Shown here: positions 25,936-39,380 of the stretch, one piece after another
Layout: each line of letters begins with the position of its first letter
Numbering within the stretch: the first letter of the stretch is position 1
NCBI GenBank assembly: GCA_009914755.4
Contig: CP068257.2
Span: 21,376,001 to 21,440,000, forward strand
Direction of reading: 5' to 3'
DNA length: 64,000 nt
DNA from: the human T2T-CHM13v2.0 reference genome, Homo sapiens
Position numbers and translations under genes: made by a program
Notes under the pieces: generated by a model
What the model was told of the DNA's origin: nothing
What the model saw: only the letters and a program-made list of their open reading frames with translations
Databases searched by the model: none

Positions 25936-27760
25936 ATTCCATTTCTCACATTTTTTGTTATTCTCTATGTGCATGGCCAACAATGTAAGTTATTTAGCTA
26001 CAAGAAACAAAATCTAGTCAAATTTTGCTTTGTATATAGCCAACATCATGAAAATACCATCCCCATTCGATTTTAAATGGGCTACATGGTCTTCATTATT
26101 AAAAGAAAAATGGAATGAAATGTCAAATCAGGAGCCGTGTCTATTATCATTCATGTTACATTTGATAAAGAAATATCATCAGTTTTAAATACTACTTCAA
26201 TATGCATTACCTGATATTTATCCCAGAGAAGAAAATTATAATGTTTGTTCTGTTTTTGGCATATCTCGTTTCCTAAAACTGAACTAAAGAAAAGAATTGT
26301 AGTGGTAGTGCATTTATTTGACAAGCTAATTGAAGTTGCACAATATGTCAGTCTGATTTCCAAGGACAGAAAGGTTAATGGATTGTGCTCCTGCATGCTT
26401 GCACAATAGCTGAGTTTTCTTTATTGAAATAACTGTGATTTCCTACATTAGTAGTTACTTAATTCAAGCAGCAAAGATGTATTTGAAAGGAAAACTTAAT
26501 CCTTATAAAATAAACCCATTTTAGAATATGCAGTTCACAAACTTACATTGAACACATAATGTCATGTCCTTGTCAAATAATACAAAATGCGCAGTTCTCA
26601 TTTTCTCTGTTAAAAGTGTTGTGATTTCAATGTGAATCTATTTAGTGGGACAACACAACCAGGGAGCATTTTAGACAAGTGGTATTTAGTCTGTTACATT
26701 CCTGCCATAGACGAGAAACATGAGATTTTCTTTGTTACAATTCAGCTCCAGTTAAAAATAAATACAAGGTGCATGTCAATAGTAATTTTTTCATATGAGG
26801 GTAACGTTTGAAAACCAGGTGGCTAGAGTGGAGTTCATTTAAAAAATAAAACTGGGTTAAGAAAGGCCATTGCATGAGTACAGACGTCAATGTAACATTT
26901 TAAATGTAATTATTAATGTTGAAATATAAAAAATGTCAAGGCCTATAAAAACTGAAAGGAGCAAAACATGGTCATTTTTATGATCAACATAGTAATTTTT
27001 GACATAAGTTTAAGGGTATAATGTTTGACAGAAGTTTAAGGGTATAATAAATTTGACATATGTTTGGGATGTAATGTCCATAAATTTTTCATTACTCTGG
27101 GATTTATATAAACATTTTAAAATAATATTTATTTTTTAAATTACAAAACAATATAGGCTTAATCATGTATCTACCAGTTTAGTAAACATTTGTTATAATT
27201 TTACTGCATTGCAGACACTATTTTAAGTCTTTAGAGATTCATCAATGACCCAAATAAAGAAAAATTGTTGCCCGCATAGAACTTTTGATGACACTATAAG
27301 CAAGAAAAGCAAGCAAATTAAACATCAGTAAGATAATGACAAGTGCTAAAGAGAGCAAAAGAGAAAAGTGAAGTCAAGTATAGGTATGTAGAAAGTTCCA
27401 TAGTAAAGGGTCTAGAATAAATAGAAATGGCAAGGGAGAAATCTTTCAAAATATCTTACTATGTTTCATTCGTAGCCAACCAGTGTGTGCACTCTGTTAA
27501 TTGTTCAATGTGCCTATATTGTTTCTCGTTATACTCTATACTCTAAATACATAATATAGTTATATATGTTACAGTCTATAATGCACACATTTTATGGTTA
27601 GAAATTTAAAAAATAGTTTTTTGTAGATTTCATTTTTAGCCTTATTGAATTAGAAATTATATGTAAAAATAGCACATATTTAATATATACATTTTAATGA
27701 GTTTAGACTTTGTATACACCCATGATACCATCACCACAATTAAGATGCTTAACGTAGCTA

Positions 27761-28066
27761 TTTTTTTCTTTTCTTTTCTTTTTGAGACAGTCTTGCTTTG
27801 TTGACCAGGCTGTAGAGCTTTGGAATGATCTCGGCTCACTGCAACCTCCACCTCAAATGTTCTAGTGATTCTCCTGCCTCAACCACCTGAGTAGCTGGGA
27901 CTACAGGCATGCGTCACCAGGCCCAGCTAATTTTTTTTTGTATTTTTAGTAGAGATAGGGCTTTGCCATGTTAGCTAGGCTGGTCTCAAACTCCTGGCCT
28001 CAAGTGATCCTCCTGCTTTGGCCTCCCAAAGTGCTGGTATTACAAGTGTGAGCCGCCATGCCCATA
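27761..28066 (-). mobile_element. Alu SINE (antisense, older and diverged)
   Basis: 'tttttttcttttcttttctttttgagacagtcttgctttgttgaccaggctgtagagctttggaatgatctcggctcactgcaacctccacctc...ccaaagtgctggtattacaagtgtgagccgccatgcccatacc'. Confidence 0.92.
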
Positions 28067-28080
28067 CCTTTCCTTGTTTT

Positions 28081-28150
28081 TGTGTGTCTGTGTCTGTAAT
28101 TTTTTCATTTGCGATGTGTATGTATATGTGTGTGTGTGCACGTGTGTGTG
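28081..28150. repeat. Imperfect (TG)n microsatellite
   Basis: 'tgtgtgtctgtgtctg...gtgtatgtatatgtgtgtgtgtgcacgtgtgtgtgg'. Confidence 0.85.
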
Positions 28151-28229
28151 GTAAGAACAGTTATATGAGATATATCCTCTAAAGGGCTCAGTATGGTGTT
28201 GTGAATTGTAGGTGCTATGTCATGCAATG

Positions 28230-28790
28230 GATCTTTAGAACTTATTATATAACAGAAATATTATAGCCATTGAGCAACAATTTCTCATTTTCCTCTCCCC
28301 AGTCTCTTGCAACCTCAAATTTTTTTCTGCCTCTGTGAGTTTGACTATTTTATATACCTGTGACAAACTGAATCATGCAATATTTGACCTTTGCTGACTG
28401 GCTTATTTCACTTAGCTCAGTGTCCTCAAAGTTCATCCTTGCTGTCACATATTGCAGGATTTCCTTTTGTTAATGCTGGATTATCTTCCATTGTATGTAT
28501 ATATCATTTTTAAGAATACATTAATCTATCAATGGACATGTTGCTTGTTTTGGCTATTGTGAATAATTCTGCAGTGAATATGGGAGTGCTAAAAATTCTT
28601 TAAGACCCTGACTTTGGGCAAATACCCAGAAGTGGGATTTGCATATAATAGTTATATTTTTAATTTTTTGAGGAACTTCCATACTGTTTTTCATATTGGC
28701 TGCATCATTCTACATTCTCGCTGATAGTGTATAAGGATTCTAATTTCTTCACGTTTGCCAATTTAAAAAATTAACAAATGATGTGATTGT
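28230..28790 (-). mobile_element. L1M (L1MB/MC-like) 3'-end fragment, antisense
   Basis: '...ctgaatcatgcaatatttgacctttgctgactggcttatttcacttagctcagtgtcctcaaagttcatccttgctgtcacatattgcaggatttccttttgttaatgctggattatcttccattgtatgtatatatcatttttaagaatacattaatctatcaatggacatgttgcttgttttggctattgtgaataattctgcagtgaatatgggagtgc...' matches the remembered antisense L1M 3' region ('...tggaatcatacagtatgtactcttttttgtctggcttctttcactcagcataat...gttgatggacatttgggttgtttccagtttttggctattacaaataaagctgctatgaacattc'). Confidence 0.7.
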
Positions 28791-29721
28791 GTCAAGAATT
28801 GTGATCATTTCAATATTTGGTATTTCTTGCCAAGTACACCCACAGAAAATGATTTTCAATTTTATAATTGAAAATAATAAAGAAACCGTTACTGCATGGA
28901 TGTGTAGTCACTTTCTCATTCCTGATGATAAGAGATAAATGGTACATGATATCACTCACTATAATGAACAATTTACTGGATTAAACGTTATCTTTTTGGT
29001 TATTTGAAACTTTTTACGGTTAAATATCATTTTTACACTGTAAATTAAGAACATATAATTTGATGAATTATTATACTGCAAAAAGTCGGGGCAGGAGATA
29101 TAGCCTCCCTGGAAACATTCTACATGCCTCTTCCCAATCAGAAACCCTCTCTTGCTAAGAACAATGACTAGCCTGATTTTGCAGTAAATACTTCCTTTCT
29201 TTTCTTTATAGTTTTACCACCAGTTGTGTGCCACTTAACACTACAGTTGAGCTCTTCTATTCCTTATTCCCCTAAAGTATCCTTTAATTGTCTAAAGAAA
29301 CTATGTCTAGATATCTTTGTAATTAAGTTGTTGAAAAGCCATTGTATTTTTTTTTTCTGTAGAGTTTCCTTCATATATATCTACATGGTATAGGTTAGTG
29401 TGACTCTCTATAAATTAATAACTAAGTTGAGAGACTTAATCAGAATTAAAGTTCAGTTTTTTTGCTTGTCTAATTTATAGGCGGTAAGTTCTTCAACAGG
29501 AGGCATATACCGTAATTCTTTCTTTTTATAGTTTTAGCAGTTCTTAATGCTCCAAGTCTAAATCCATTTTTCCAATAGGTATTGAAAAATGATGATATTA
29601 TAATTTTATTATTTCTTCTTCAGCTGTTTGCCTGAAAAAAGAAATATCTATCATTTGGTTACCCAGTGGTTTCATCCTTATTAAAGAAGCACTCCATCTC
29701 TTATTTTCTTTTAATTACTAA

Positions 29722-30150
29722 TGGCCTTAATCTGCTTGTGTTGCTATAAAGAATTACCCGAGGCTGTGTAATTTATTTTAAAAAATGGTTTATTTGTGTC
29801 ATAGGTCTGCAAGCTGTATAAGAAGCATTGCAACAGCATTTTCTTCTGACAAGGGATTCAGGCTGTTTCCATTCATGACAGAGGGAGAAAGGGAGCTGGC
29901 ATACAGAGATCATGTGGCAAGAGAGGAAGGAAGATAGATAGGAGGAGGTGTCAGGCTCTTTTCAACAATCAGATATTGTAGGAACTAAGAAGGAGACCTC
30001 ACTCACTCCAGTGAGAATGGCACCAAGCCTTTCATGAGGGATCTCCTTGCATGATCCAAGCACCGTTACTAGGCTCCACCTCCAACACCGGGGATCAAAA
30101 TTTCAACATGAGATTTGTGGGGCCAAACAAACCATATTAAAATCATAGCA
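29722..30150 (-). mobile_element. MST-type MaLR LTR (antisense)
   Basis: The reverse complement reads like the MSTA/B consensus. The window shows '...ggccttaatctgcttgtgttgctataaagaattacccgaggctgtgtaatttat...ctgcaagctgtataagaagcat...tcatgtggcaagagaggaagg...cttgcatgatccaagcaccgttactaggctccacctccaacaccggggatcaaaatttcaacatgagatttgtggggccaaacaaaccatat'. MST sense is 'tgtgatggtttggat...cccaaatctcatgttgaattgtaatccccagtgttggaggtggggcctgg...ctgtacagcctgcagaaccatgagccaattaaacctcttttctttataaattacccagtctcaggtatttctttatagcaatgcaagaacggactaatacag'. Confidence 0.55.
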
Positions 30151-31214
30151 GTAATTTTTTAAAGAATGAATTGGGTCTCTAACATTGACCAAAAGTTATG
30201 ACTTTATTATTATTATAATTTGCAATTTTTTATATGTAAACATATATGATGGGGTTCAATCTGCAACCATGCTTTTCCTTAATTATCCCTAAATTATTCC
30301 TTCTTTGGATAGGGGACACCTCTTCAAATTTGCTTCTGAGTCCTTTGGACATGGCCCTGTCATTGGGTATGAGAAGATGTTCTAGGCACATACTGGTCAC
30401 TTTCTGACCTGGGTGTGGGTCAACTATACTTCAAGAAGCCATGTTTTGTTTTACTGAGAAATGACATTTCAATCTAATAACTAGGAATAGTTCTTAATAC
30501 TGGTTTGGTTATTGTTTCAAGCCATTTTCAGTTGGCAGAGCAATACACGGAAAAGCATTAATTGACCTCTGACACTGTGACTTGCAATTCAGGACTAAAG
30601 ATTGCTTACTTAATCTCTTCTACCCTATGGATGTATCATTTTTTCATCATTTTAATTATATTTAAATTGTTTATTTTGTGTGTTTTCCCCATTTACGGTT
30701 GTAAGTATACCACGAGATATACAGCCATCAAAATGTATTTTATACCTCTTACATCTCTTATAACAAGTATTCTTAGTTCTACATATATATATATTCAGTG
30801 TTGTGCACTAGTTTTTATATATTCTGATGTCTTTCCAGTCATTAGAATTGTTTGAAGCACATTCAGTGACCTCTCAAAGTCTCATTCTATGAATACTTAA
30901 AATACTCCACGACAGTTTTTCAGGCGCTTTTATATTTGAAATGTGTTTAATTGGAAAATAAATCTGTAGCTCATATGTTCTTTTATTAACTGTTAAAAAA
31001 AGATAATTTTCTCTTTTTCTCTGGCCTCAGTGTTACTCTTGGAAAGTCTGCTGATAATCTGGTTGTATTTTATAATTCCTTTGTTTTGTTGATTTTGTTT
31101 GTCTGGATGCCCAAAGCATTATCTTTTCTTTCTTTATAATCCATGGTAGGCACTATAAAGTTTCCCAAAGATGTCCATCTCTTAATCTCCAGAACCCGTG
31201 AAAATGTTGTCTTT

Positions 31215-31575
31215 CATGGAAAATGGGACTTTGCAGTTGTGATTATGTTAATGATTTTGAGACAGGGAGGTTAACCTCGATTATCTGGGTGGCTACAATG
31301 TAATCATAAGGGTGCTTATTAAAATAGAGGGTGAAAGAAAGGATCAGAGTGAGAGAAAGAGACGTAATGTTGAGGACAGATGGGGAAGTAATATGAGACT
31401 GCAAGCCTAGGAATGTGGAAAACCTCCAGAAGCTAAAAAAGTCAGTGAAGATACAGGTTTTCGCCTAGAGCCTCCAGAAGGAACATATTGACTTTTGACC
31501 TCCAAAAGTGAAAGATAACAAATTGTGTTAGGTTTGAAGTCTGTAGCATTTGCTGTAGCAGCAATAAAGAAATGC
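31215..31575 (+). mobile_element. MaLR-type LTR fragment (sense), diverged
   Basis: '...cgattatctgggtggctacaatgtaatcataagggtgcttattaaaatagagggtgaaagaaaggatcagagtgagag...gcctagagcctccagaaggaacatattgacttttgacctccaaaagtgaaagataacaaattgtgttaggtttgaagtctgtagcatttgctgtagcagcaataaag' matches the MaLR pattern '...ggattatctgggtgggcccaatgtaatcacaagggtccttataag...cctagagcctccagaaggaac...gacctccagaactgtaagataataaatttgtgttgttttaagccactaagtttgtggtaatttgttacagcagcaatag'. Confidence 0.45.
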
Positions 31576-31780
31576 AAGGTCAACTATACTGGAATATGTA
31601 TCAGTGTTAGTTGTTCTTGATTAATTTCCTCCAATAAATTGATGTTCTCTTTCAAAATGTAATTTCAGGGACGATTTTGAATAGTAGCATTTTTCATTTT
31701 CTTTTTTCTTGCTTTGGTTGTTCTTTGTCAGAAAAATCTATTACATGTGTGTATGTGTTGCCTATGTTTTAATTTGTCCT

Positions 31781-32067
31781 TATTTATTTATTTATTGAGT
31801 AGGAGTCTTGCTTTATCACTGATCTCAACTCACTGGAACCTCCGCCTCCCAGGTTCAAGCGATTCTCCTGCCTCAGCCTCCCGAGGAGCTGGGATTACAG
31901 GCACCCACCACCACTCCTGCCCGGCTAATTTTTGTATTTTTAGTAGAGACTAGAGATGAGGTTTCACTATGTTGGCTAGACTGGTCTCAAACTCTTGACC
32001 TCAGGTGATCCTCCACCTCAGCCTCCCAAAGTACTGGGATTACAGTTGTAAGCCACCATGCCTAGCC
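31781..32067 (-). mobile_element. Alu SINE (antisense), 5'-truncated tail region '(TTTA)n'
   Basis: 'tatttatttatttattgagtaggagtcttgctttatcactgatctcaactcactggaacctccgcctcccaggttcaagcgattctcctgcctcagcctcccgaggagctgggattacaggc...gtactgggattacagttgtaagccaccatgcctagcc'. Confidence 0.9.
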
Positions 32068-32621
32068 CTTCTTTCTTAAATAAATTTTGTCTTTTTATTT
32101 CTTTTAATTTTAAAAGCTTTCGCCTTTTAATCTTTTTCACATACAATATGATTTGTTTTTGTTTGCTCATGTGTTACTCAGAGGAAAAACTTCATTCCTG
32201 AAATGATTTTCTTTAACTCTTTCCAGAGTTCACTAACATATTTATGCTGTTTTTTAACAACTTGTTTTCATTTTTATCTTCTCTTTTTTTAAAATTATAC
32301 TGTTGGATTACAGTGTTGTATGTTCAATTGACGTATCTTTAGAATATATTTTATTATTTATAAATATATAATTCCAATATATACTATTATTAATTTTTAA
32401 AATGATAATTTTGTGTGTTATGCCCTTAATCAGGTTTCTTATTACATTTTTACTGTGAATTAGTTTTATTAAATTCTAGAAGAGAAGAATGGTTAAAGTT
32501 AGCCTGTCTAATTTTGTAGTTCTAGAATTTCCTCCACCGCTAGTTTTGTGAAAAGTTCAAAAATATTAGCTTAATTTTCTTAACTCTCCTGAAATTGCTT
32601 AAGTTCCAAAATTTTATCTAA

Positions 32622-32984
<363 letters not shown>

Positions 32985-34477
32985 TAGTTTTGATTTTTTT
33001 ACCTTAGATTCTCCTCTGTAAGAGACTTTTCCCAAGAGTCTAGATTTCTTCAAGCCCTTCAGACTTTACTATAAATTATTTGCAACCAGCTGTAGGTGTT
33101 CACACTTACTTATTCAGACAACCATTTATCTGATTTTCTCACTGTAGATTAGTTTTGTCTACTCTAAAACAATATCAATGGAATGATATTGTACATACTC
33201 CTTTTTTTGGCTTATTTTATTTAGCAAAACAATTTGTGATTCATCTAGTGTATAAATACTCTGGATTTTGTGTATCTTTTCACCCATTGATAGATATTTG
33301 GAGTCATTTCTAGCTTTAAATATTTATAAAATACATGGGGTAAATATTTTTGCACAAATAAATTAGAGACTTAAGTTTTTATTTCTCTAGGATAAATAGA
33401 AAACTAGATTTGCTAGGAAATACGGCAAGGGAAAATAAATTTTATAAAAATATATCAAGCTATTTTCCAAAGTAATTTTAATGTTTTCAGATCCCACCAG
33501 CAATATATTAGTGTTAAAGTTGTTCTACGTCCTTGCCAACTCTAGTGTTGTTTTTATTTTTTAAATGTTTGTTGACACTTTTTTTAATTGAAATACTGTT
33601 CTATTTATTCTAGATACAACTCTTTGTCAACTAAAGGTGTTTAAATTATTTTCCATTCATTTGTGCCTTTATTCATTCAGTACAGGGTTTTAAAAATCTT
33701 AATTACTATGGCTACAAAACGGTTATATATATTTATGGGGTAGATGTGATGTTTTGATACAAGCATGCCATGAGTAATGATCAAACCAGGGTAGTTAACC
33801 ACCTCACGCCTTTGTAATTTATTTATGTTAGGAACATTCCAATTCCATTCTGTCAGTTATTTTAAAATATACAATAAATTATTGTTCACTATAGTCACCT
33901 TATTGTGCTACTGAATACTAGATATTATTCATCCTATCTAACTGCATTAATTTGTACCCATTAACCATCACCGCATTCCCCTCCCATCCCTGCCACCTTT
34001 TCCAACCTCTGGCAACCGTCATTTCACTCTCTAGCTCCATGGGTTCAATTATATTTAAAGGGAAAAATAAGTTAGGCCAGGGAATATAATGCAGAGCTCT
34101 ATTATCTCTGGAATATCTTCATTTTTCCTTTCTTTGTTATAGAATCATATGCAAATTGATGTTCTATAGGACATACCACATTGTCTTATTTCTTATAATT
34201 CTATAACTAGATTTATTTAAAAACATAATTTGAGTCATAGAACACATGATAGTAAGTCAAGAAAAACATTTTAAGAATGTTAACAATTTTTAAAATGGGT
34301 GATTTTGGGGTAATCACACCTAATTATGACATTAACCTGGAAGGCCTTCAAAAGAATGTATACATCAGAAATTGATGCATTATGGGAAATACATAGAATT
34401 TCAAAATATGTTGAACACATAGAATTTTAAAATATGTTGAAATAAATCATTTGAAGCACAATTCTCATAGATTCAAT

Positions 34478-34925
34478 ATTAGTCTATTCGTTTCCCAGGA
34501 CTGCTATAACAAAATACCATAAATAGGGTGGCTTAAAATAATAGAAACCTATTTTCTTATAGTTCTCAAGACTAGAATTGTAAAATCAAGGTGTCAGCAG
34601 AGTGGTGACATTTGAGGCTAGGGAAGAATCCTTCCTGGGCTCTTACTAGTTTCTGATGGTTATGGTCCCCGTTGGCATTCCGTGGCTTGTAGATATCACT
34701 TCAATTAGCTTCACCTGTTACATGGAATTCTCCCTGTATGTCTCTGTGCCATTACATGGCTTTCTTATAAGGACATCCATTGTCGAATTCAGGTCGACAA
34801 AATCAGTATGATTTCATCTTAACTAATTATATCTGCAAAACCCTATTTCCAAATAAAGTCACATGAGTTTCTGGGTGGACATAAATTTTATTTTTGGGTT
34901 AGGGACACTTCATTACATTGCACTT
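34478..34925 (-). mobile_element. MLT1-like MaLR LTR (antisense)
   Basis: 'tattagtctattcgtttcccaggactgctataacaaaataccataaatagggtggcttaaaataatagaaacctattttcttatagttctcaagactagaattgtaaaatcaaggtgtcagcag...ttctccctgtatgtctctgtgcc...ttataaggacatcc...tatatctgcaaaaccctatttccaaataaagtcacat' matches antisense MLT1 'gctgctgtaacaaaataccacagactgggtggcttaaacaacagaaatttatt.ctcacagttctggaggctagaagtccaaaatcaaggtgtcagcag...ttataaggacacc...acatctgcaaagaccctatttccaaataaggtcacattc'. Confidence 0.55.
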
Positions 34926-37054
34926 AGTAATATATCTTTTTGAGGCAAGAGAGCCACATGAGAATATAGCTTGTAACTTATTTTTAAATATTTTTCTATC
35001 CAAAGGAATCTTCATTTTATTCAAGTTAATCTTATATGAAGCATCATGAAATAGAATGAAAATGGTCAAAGCTCATCTGATTGCAACAGAATTCAGGGTA
35101 AGAAGCACTAAATCACAGTACCCTCGTGGCTTTCCTTTCGTCTGATAGTGCCTAGAAGACACAAGAGCTTAGCTTGAGAAGTCTATTGTTTTTTTTTTTT
35201 TTTTTTGGGAAAAGTAAAATTTTATTTCTTCAGTGTCTCAAGAATAGCCACTGTTAACATCTTAGTGGTCTTTTAGATTTTATTTTATGGATATATTCAT
35301 ATATATATGTATATGCACACAAATATCCATTTATATAATGTAAACATTTTATATTGTTATATGACTTTTCCCATTTAACATTACATTATGAGCCTTTCCT
35401 GTGTCATTAAATATTACTGAGGTACATGAGGATTAATAGATACATAATGATTTAATTATTTTCTGATTATTACATGTTAGGTTTCTTCTAGTTTGCCCCT
35501 CTTATATACAGTTCTCTGATAGAAATTCATACACGTAAATCTGAGCATTTCTGACAGTTTTCTTTGGTCAGATTCCTAGGAGGAGATTATCGAGGTAAAG
35601 TGTTCTTTTTTTTTTAAAATGCATTAAGGGCAGAAAAGAAAAAAAAAAGAGAGAAGTCTATTGTTAATTGGATTGATGTTTAGCAGAATCTAAGGGCAGA
35701 AGAGAAAATACTTCTCAAATATCATATGAACTGAATATTTCTTTTAAAGTGGTAACAGAATTGCTGACAACAGTTCCGGCAAACATAAAATTAATAATTT
35801 TAGCCACTCTGTCTTTTTTGGCACAAAGTGATTCTATATTATATTGCAGACATTCTGCCTTACCTTGGGTATTTTCAGAAAGTAATGAGAAATGTCATTC
35901 AAGGATGTTTGAAGAACTGGAGATCAGAGAGCAAAAAGTCCTTTGATCTTGCTTTGAGTAAAGGAGATACCGAATTGGCAAATGTTACTATAAAATACAA
36001 TAGAAATCCCATTAACTGAAAAAAAATTGTATACTGGCATGATGCTCAATAGTAAAAATAGAGTTTATTATCACATAACCTTAGTAACAATTCAAGCTCC
36101 ACAGGAAAGCTAAAAATCAACTGGATTATACAGCCTTTCAAGTCACTATAGAATATAACTTCAGTCCATTGCTTTAAAGTTTTGCTAAAAAAATTGATGG
36201 AACAACTTTAAAATTAAAACCATCAATATTGTTTTGTGCATTTCAGCAATGGTCACTTGATATTAATTGATAATAGGAATGTTGGAGCTACTATGATAAT
36301 CTAAAACAGTCTTATATCCCTTAATAGCTCCCAGTGTGACAACAACCGAGGAGAGAAGCAGTATTTCCAAATATATTCAGTGATGATCTAAGTCTGTAAC
36401 TTATACCACTTTCTTTATATTTCAATATAACAACTTATTCATTGGTGCAAAGGAAACATCCAGTATGCACTATTCAACCTGCTGATTAATTTACTAGCCT
36501 GTTAACTCAAGAAGCCCCATATATTCACTCATTCATTCAGCAGTTTTCTTTGAGTTATCACGGTTTCAGTCAGTATTCTAAGTTCCAGAGGCACTTGACT
36601 AAAGAAGATGATAGACAAAAACTTTGCCTTGTGGAAATTACAGGTTAGTATGGGAGGCAGACAATAAAAACAACAAAAAAATAAGTTACACAATATTATA
36701 GAGGCTTGTAAGTACACGCAATAAATTTGAAGCAGAAATTGAGAATTAGCTGCACGTATTGAGTTGATGTAAATTGTAATCAGGGAAAGTCTCACTGAGA
36801 AGATGGCATTTGACAAAAAATTTGAAAGAAGTGAAGTGGGAAACTATGAGGATATGTGTGAAAGAGGATTATAGGTGGAAGGAATAGCCAGAGTAGAAGT
36901 CCTGAGTCAGGAATGTATCTCTTGAGTTTAGAATTAGCAAAGGGGACAGAGTGTGTCTCTGGTGGAGGGAGATGAGAATAGACGAGGTAGGAGAGATGAC
37001 CAGAGGCCACATCATGGAGATGAAGCTATATGCTCATGGTCACCCAGCCAGTGA

Positions 37055-37416
<362 letters not shown>

Positions 37417-37892
37417 CATGTTACTCAGACTTTCAATCAGGTTTTTCCATCTAACATTACGAATATATTTTAGATAATTCCATATGCAAATATACTAATA
37501 CAGATAACTGAATATGCTATTAAAATATTTCTTTTATTTGTGACCCTAAAAGTTTAAAAATTTACTTGGTATAGGTATAAAATGATTTCTTCTATCTTAG
37601 ATATGTAACAAAAGATATTTGATAGAGATGGTTTCTGCATAATAATATTATTTTAAAATATCAATATTTTTGATATACAAAGAAGACTAATTTTGGAATA
37701 ATAGTATCCAAGAATACAGTTTATAATGCTCATCTTTCAAGAGAGCCCTCATGTATCTTACTCCAGATATTTTGCACCCACATGGTACCACAGTTGGTCT
37801 GGATGTCAAATAATATATGGCAGAAGTAAAATATGTCACTACTAAGATTAGGTTATAAAATACTGATATTTGATATTTTCATATTGCATGTG

Positions 37893-37937
37893 CTCTCTCT
37901 CTTTCTGTCTCTTTCTCTCTCTCTCTCCCTTCCTCTC
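37893..37937. repeat. (CT)n / (TCTC) polypyrimidine microsatellite
   Basis: 'ctctctctctttctgtctctttctctctctctctcccttcctctc'. Confidence 0.9.
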
Positions 37938-38954
37938 ACTGTTGCTCTCATCACCCATTCTGTGACAGCCAAGAGCCACCAAAGAACTGATGTCTGCCAA
38001 AACCCATATGAAGGATCTTGCATACAGGTTCACAAGCCTCATTTGAGCTTTGAGGTGTCAGACTCACCAGCTAACAGTTTGGGCGCAATCTCTTAGTTTC
38101 CAGAGCCAGAAGTTCTCACGTAAGCTACTCCAAGAATTTCAATCTTGACCCACAGAAACTGTAAGTGAAAAGAAATATGTGTTGTCTTAAGCTCCTATAC
38201 TTTAGGATAATTTATTATTCAGCAAAAGAAAGCTGATTTTTTTCGGAACCAAAATTTCTGTTTGGAACCAAAAGTGAGATGCAAGAAAACAAACTTGAAA
38301 TGTGAGAGTGAGTTTGAAACTAGAAAGTAGACCTGGAGGAGAGTTACAGTGAAAGCCCAGAGTGCTTTGAGGGAACTGTTAATGGAAGACTTACGCTCTT
38401 GGATAAGGCTGTGCATAACAGGGTTGCAGAAAAGTGGGACAGGCATTATTAGAAATTAGAGAAAGGAGATTGTTTTAATATAATGGCAGAGAGCATAGCA
38501 ATACCATACTTAACTAAAGTTAATTAGCAAGTCATAAATGGTTGACCAGGCTAATGTAGTCATATACTGTGACACATTTGAAATCTTATTCTGCTTTGCA
38601 AGCTAACAATGGAGACTGCCACAATTCCATTGATGCTAGCAGAAGCTATCCAACTCCTAGGTCAGAGAAAAAGAGCTTTTTTTCCTCAAAATACTGAATG
38701 CACCACAAGTTTCACATTTGCTTCAATGTTCCTTGTTCCTCAAGTCCCAGGGGTGATGCAGTGGCTCAGGGTGATGTTGCATAGGAAGAGAGTTTTGTCA
38801 CAGGGAAAGAACTATTTTAAAAACAAATAAAGAAACAGACAAAAACAAAACCAAAAAACTCCCTATCTTATGAGAGAACTGTTAGCAAACTGTGGTAGAC
38901 AAAATAACGTTTCCTCTCAAAAATGACTTTGTGTTAATGTCTAGAACGTTACTT

Positions 38955-39380
38955 GTGAAAAGAGACACTGCAGGTGTAATTATGTTCAGGATATTGAGAT
39001 GGGGAGGTTAGCCTGAAATATTCAGGTGGATACAAGGTAAGAAGAAGGGTCCTCCTGAAGAGTGAAAGAGAGAAAGGAGAAGAGTCAGTGTCAGAGTGAT
39101 GTATCATGAGAAAGACTTGAGTGGCCATTGCTGGTTTTGAAAATGGAAGGAGCTGAAAAAAGCAAAACCCAAAAACCAAACCAAAACAAAAAAACCAAAC
39201 GGCTTTTCCCTAAAGCCTCCAGAAAAGAAGGCAACCCCGCTTGTACTTGGATTTCAGCCCAGTGAGAGCCATTGTGGACTTCTGCCCTCCAGAACTGTAA
39301 GATCATACGTTTATGTTGTTTTAGATCACCAAGTTTATGGTACCTTGTTATAGCAGTCTTAGGAAACTGTTACAGTCTAC
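38955..39380 (+). mobile_element. MaLR-type LTR (sense) with internal A-rich insertion
   Basis: '...gatattgagatggggaggttagcctgaaatattcaggtggatacaaggtaagaagaagggtcctcctgaagagtgaaagagagaaaggagaagagtcagtgtcagag...cctaaagcctccagaaaagaaggcaaccccgcttgtacttggatttcagcccagtgagagccattgtggacttctgccctccagaactgtaagatcatacgtttatgttgttttagatcaccaagtttatggtaccttgttatagcagtcttaggaaactg' has the same architecture as the MaLR consensus: '...gggtccttataagaggga...gccctgccgacaccttgattttagcccagtgagacc...gacctccagaactgtaagataataaatttgtgttgttttaagccactaagtttgtggtaatttgttacagcagc'. Confidence 0.55.
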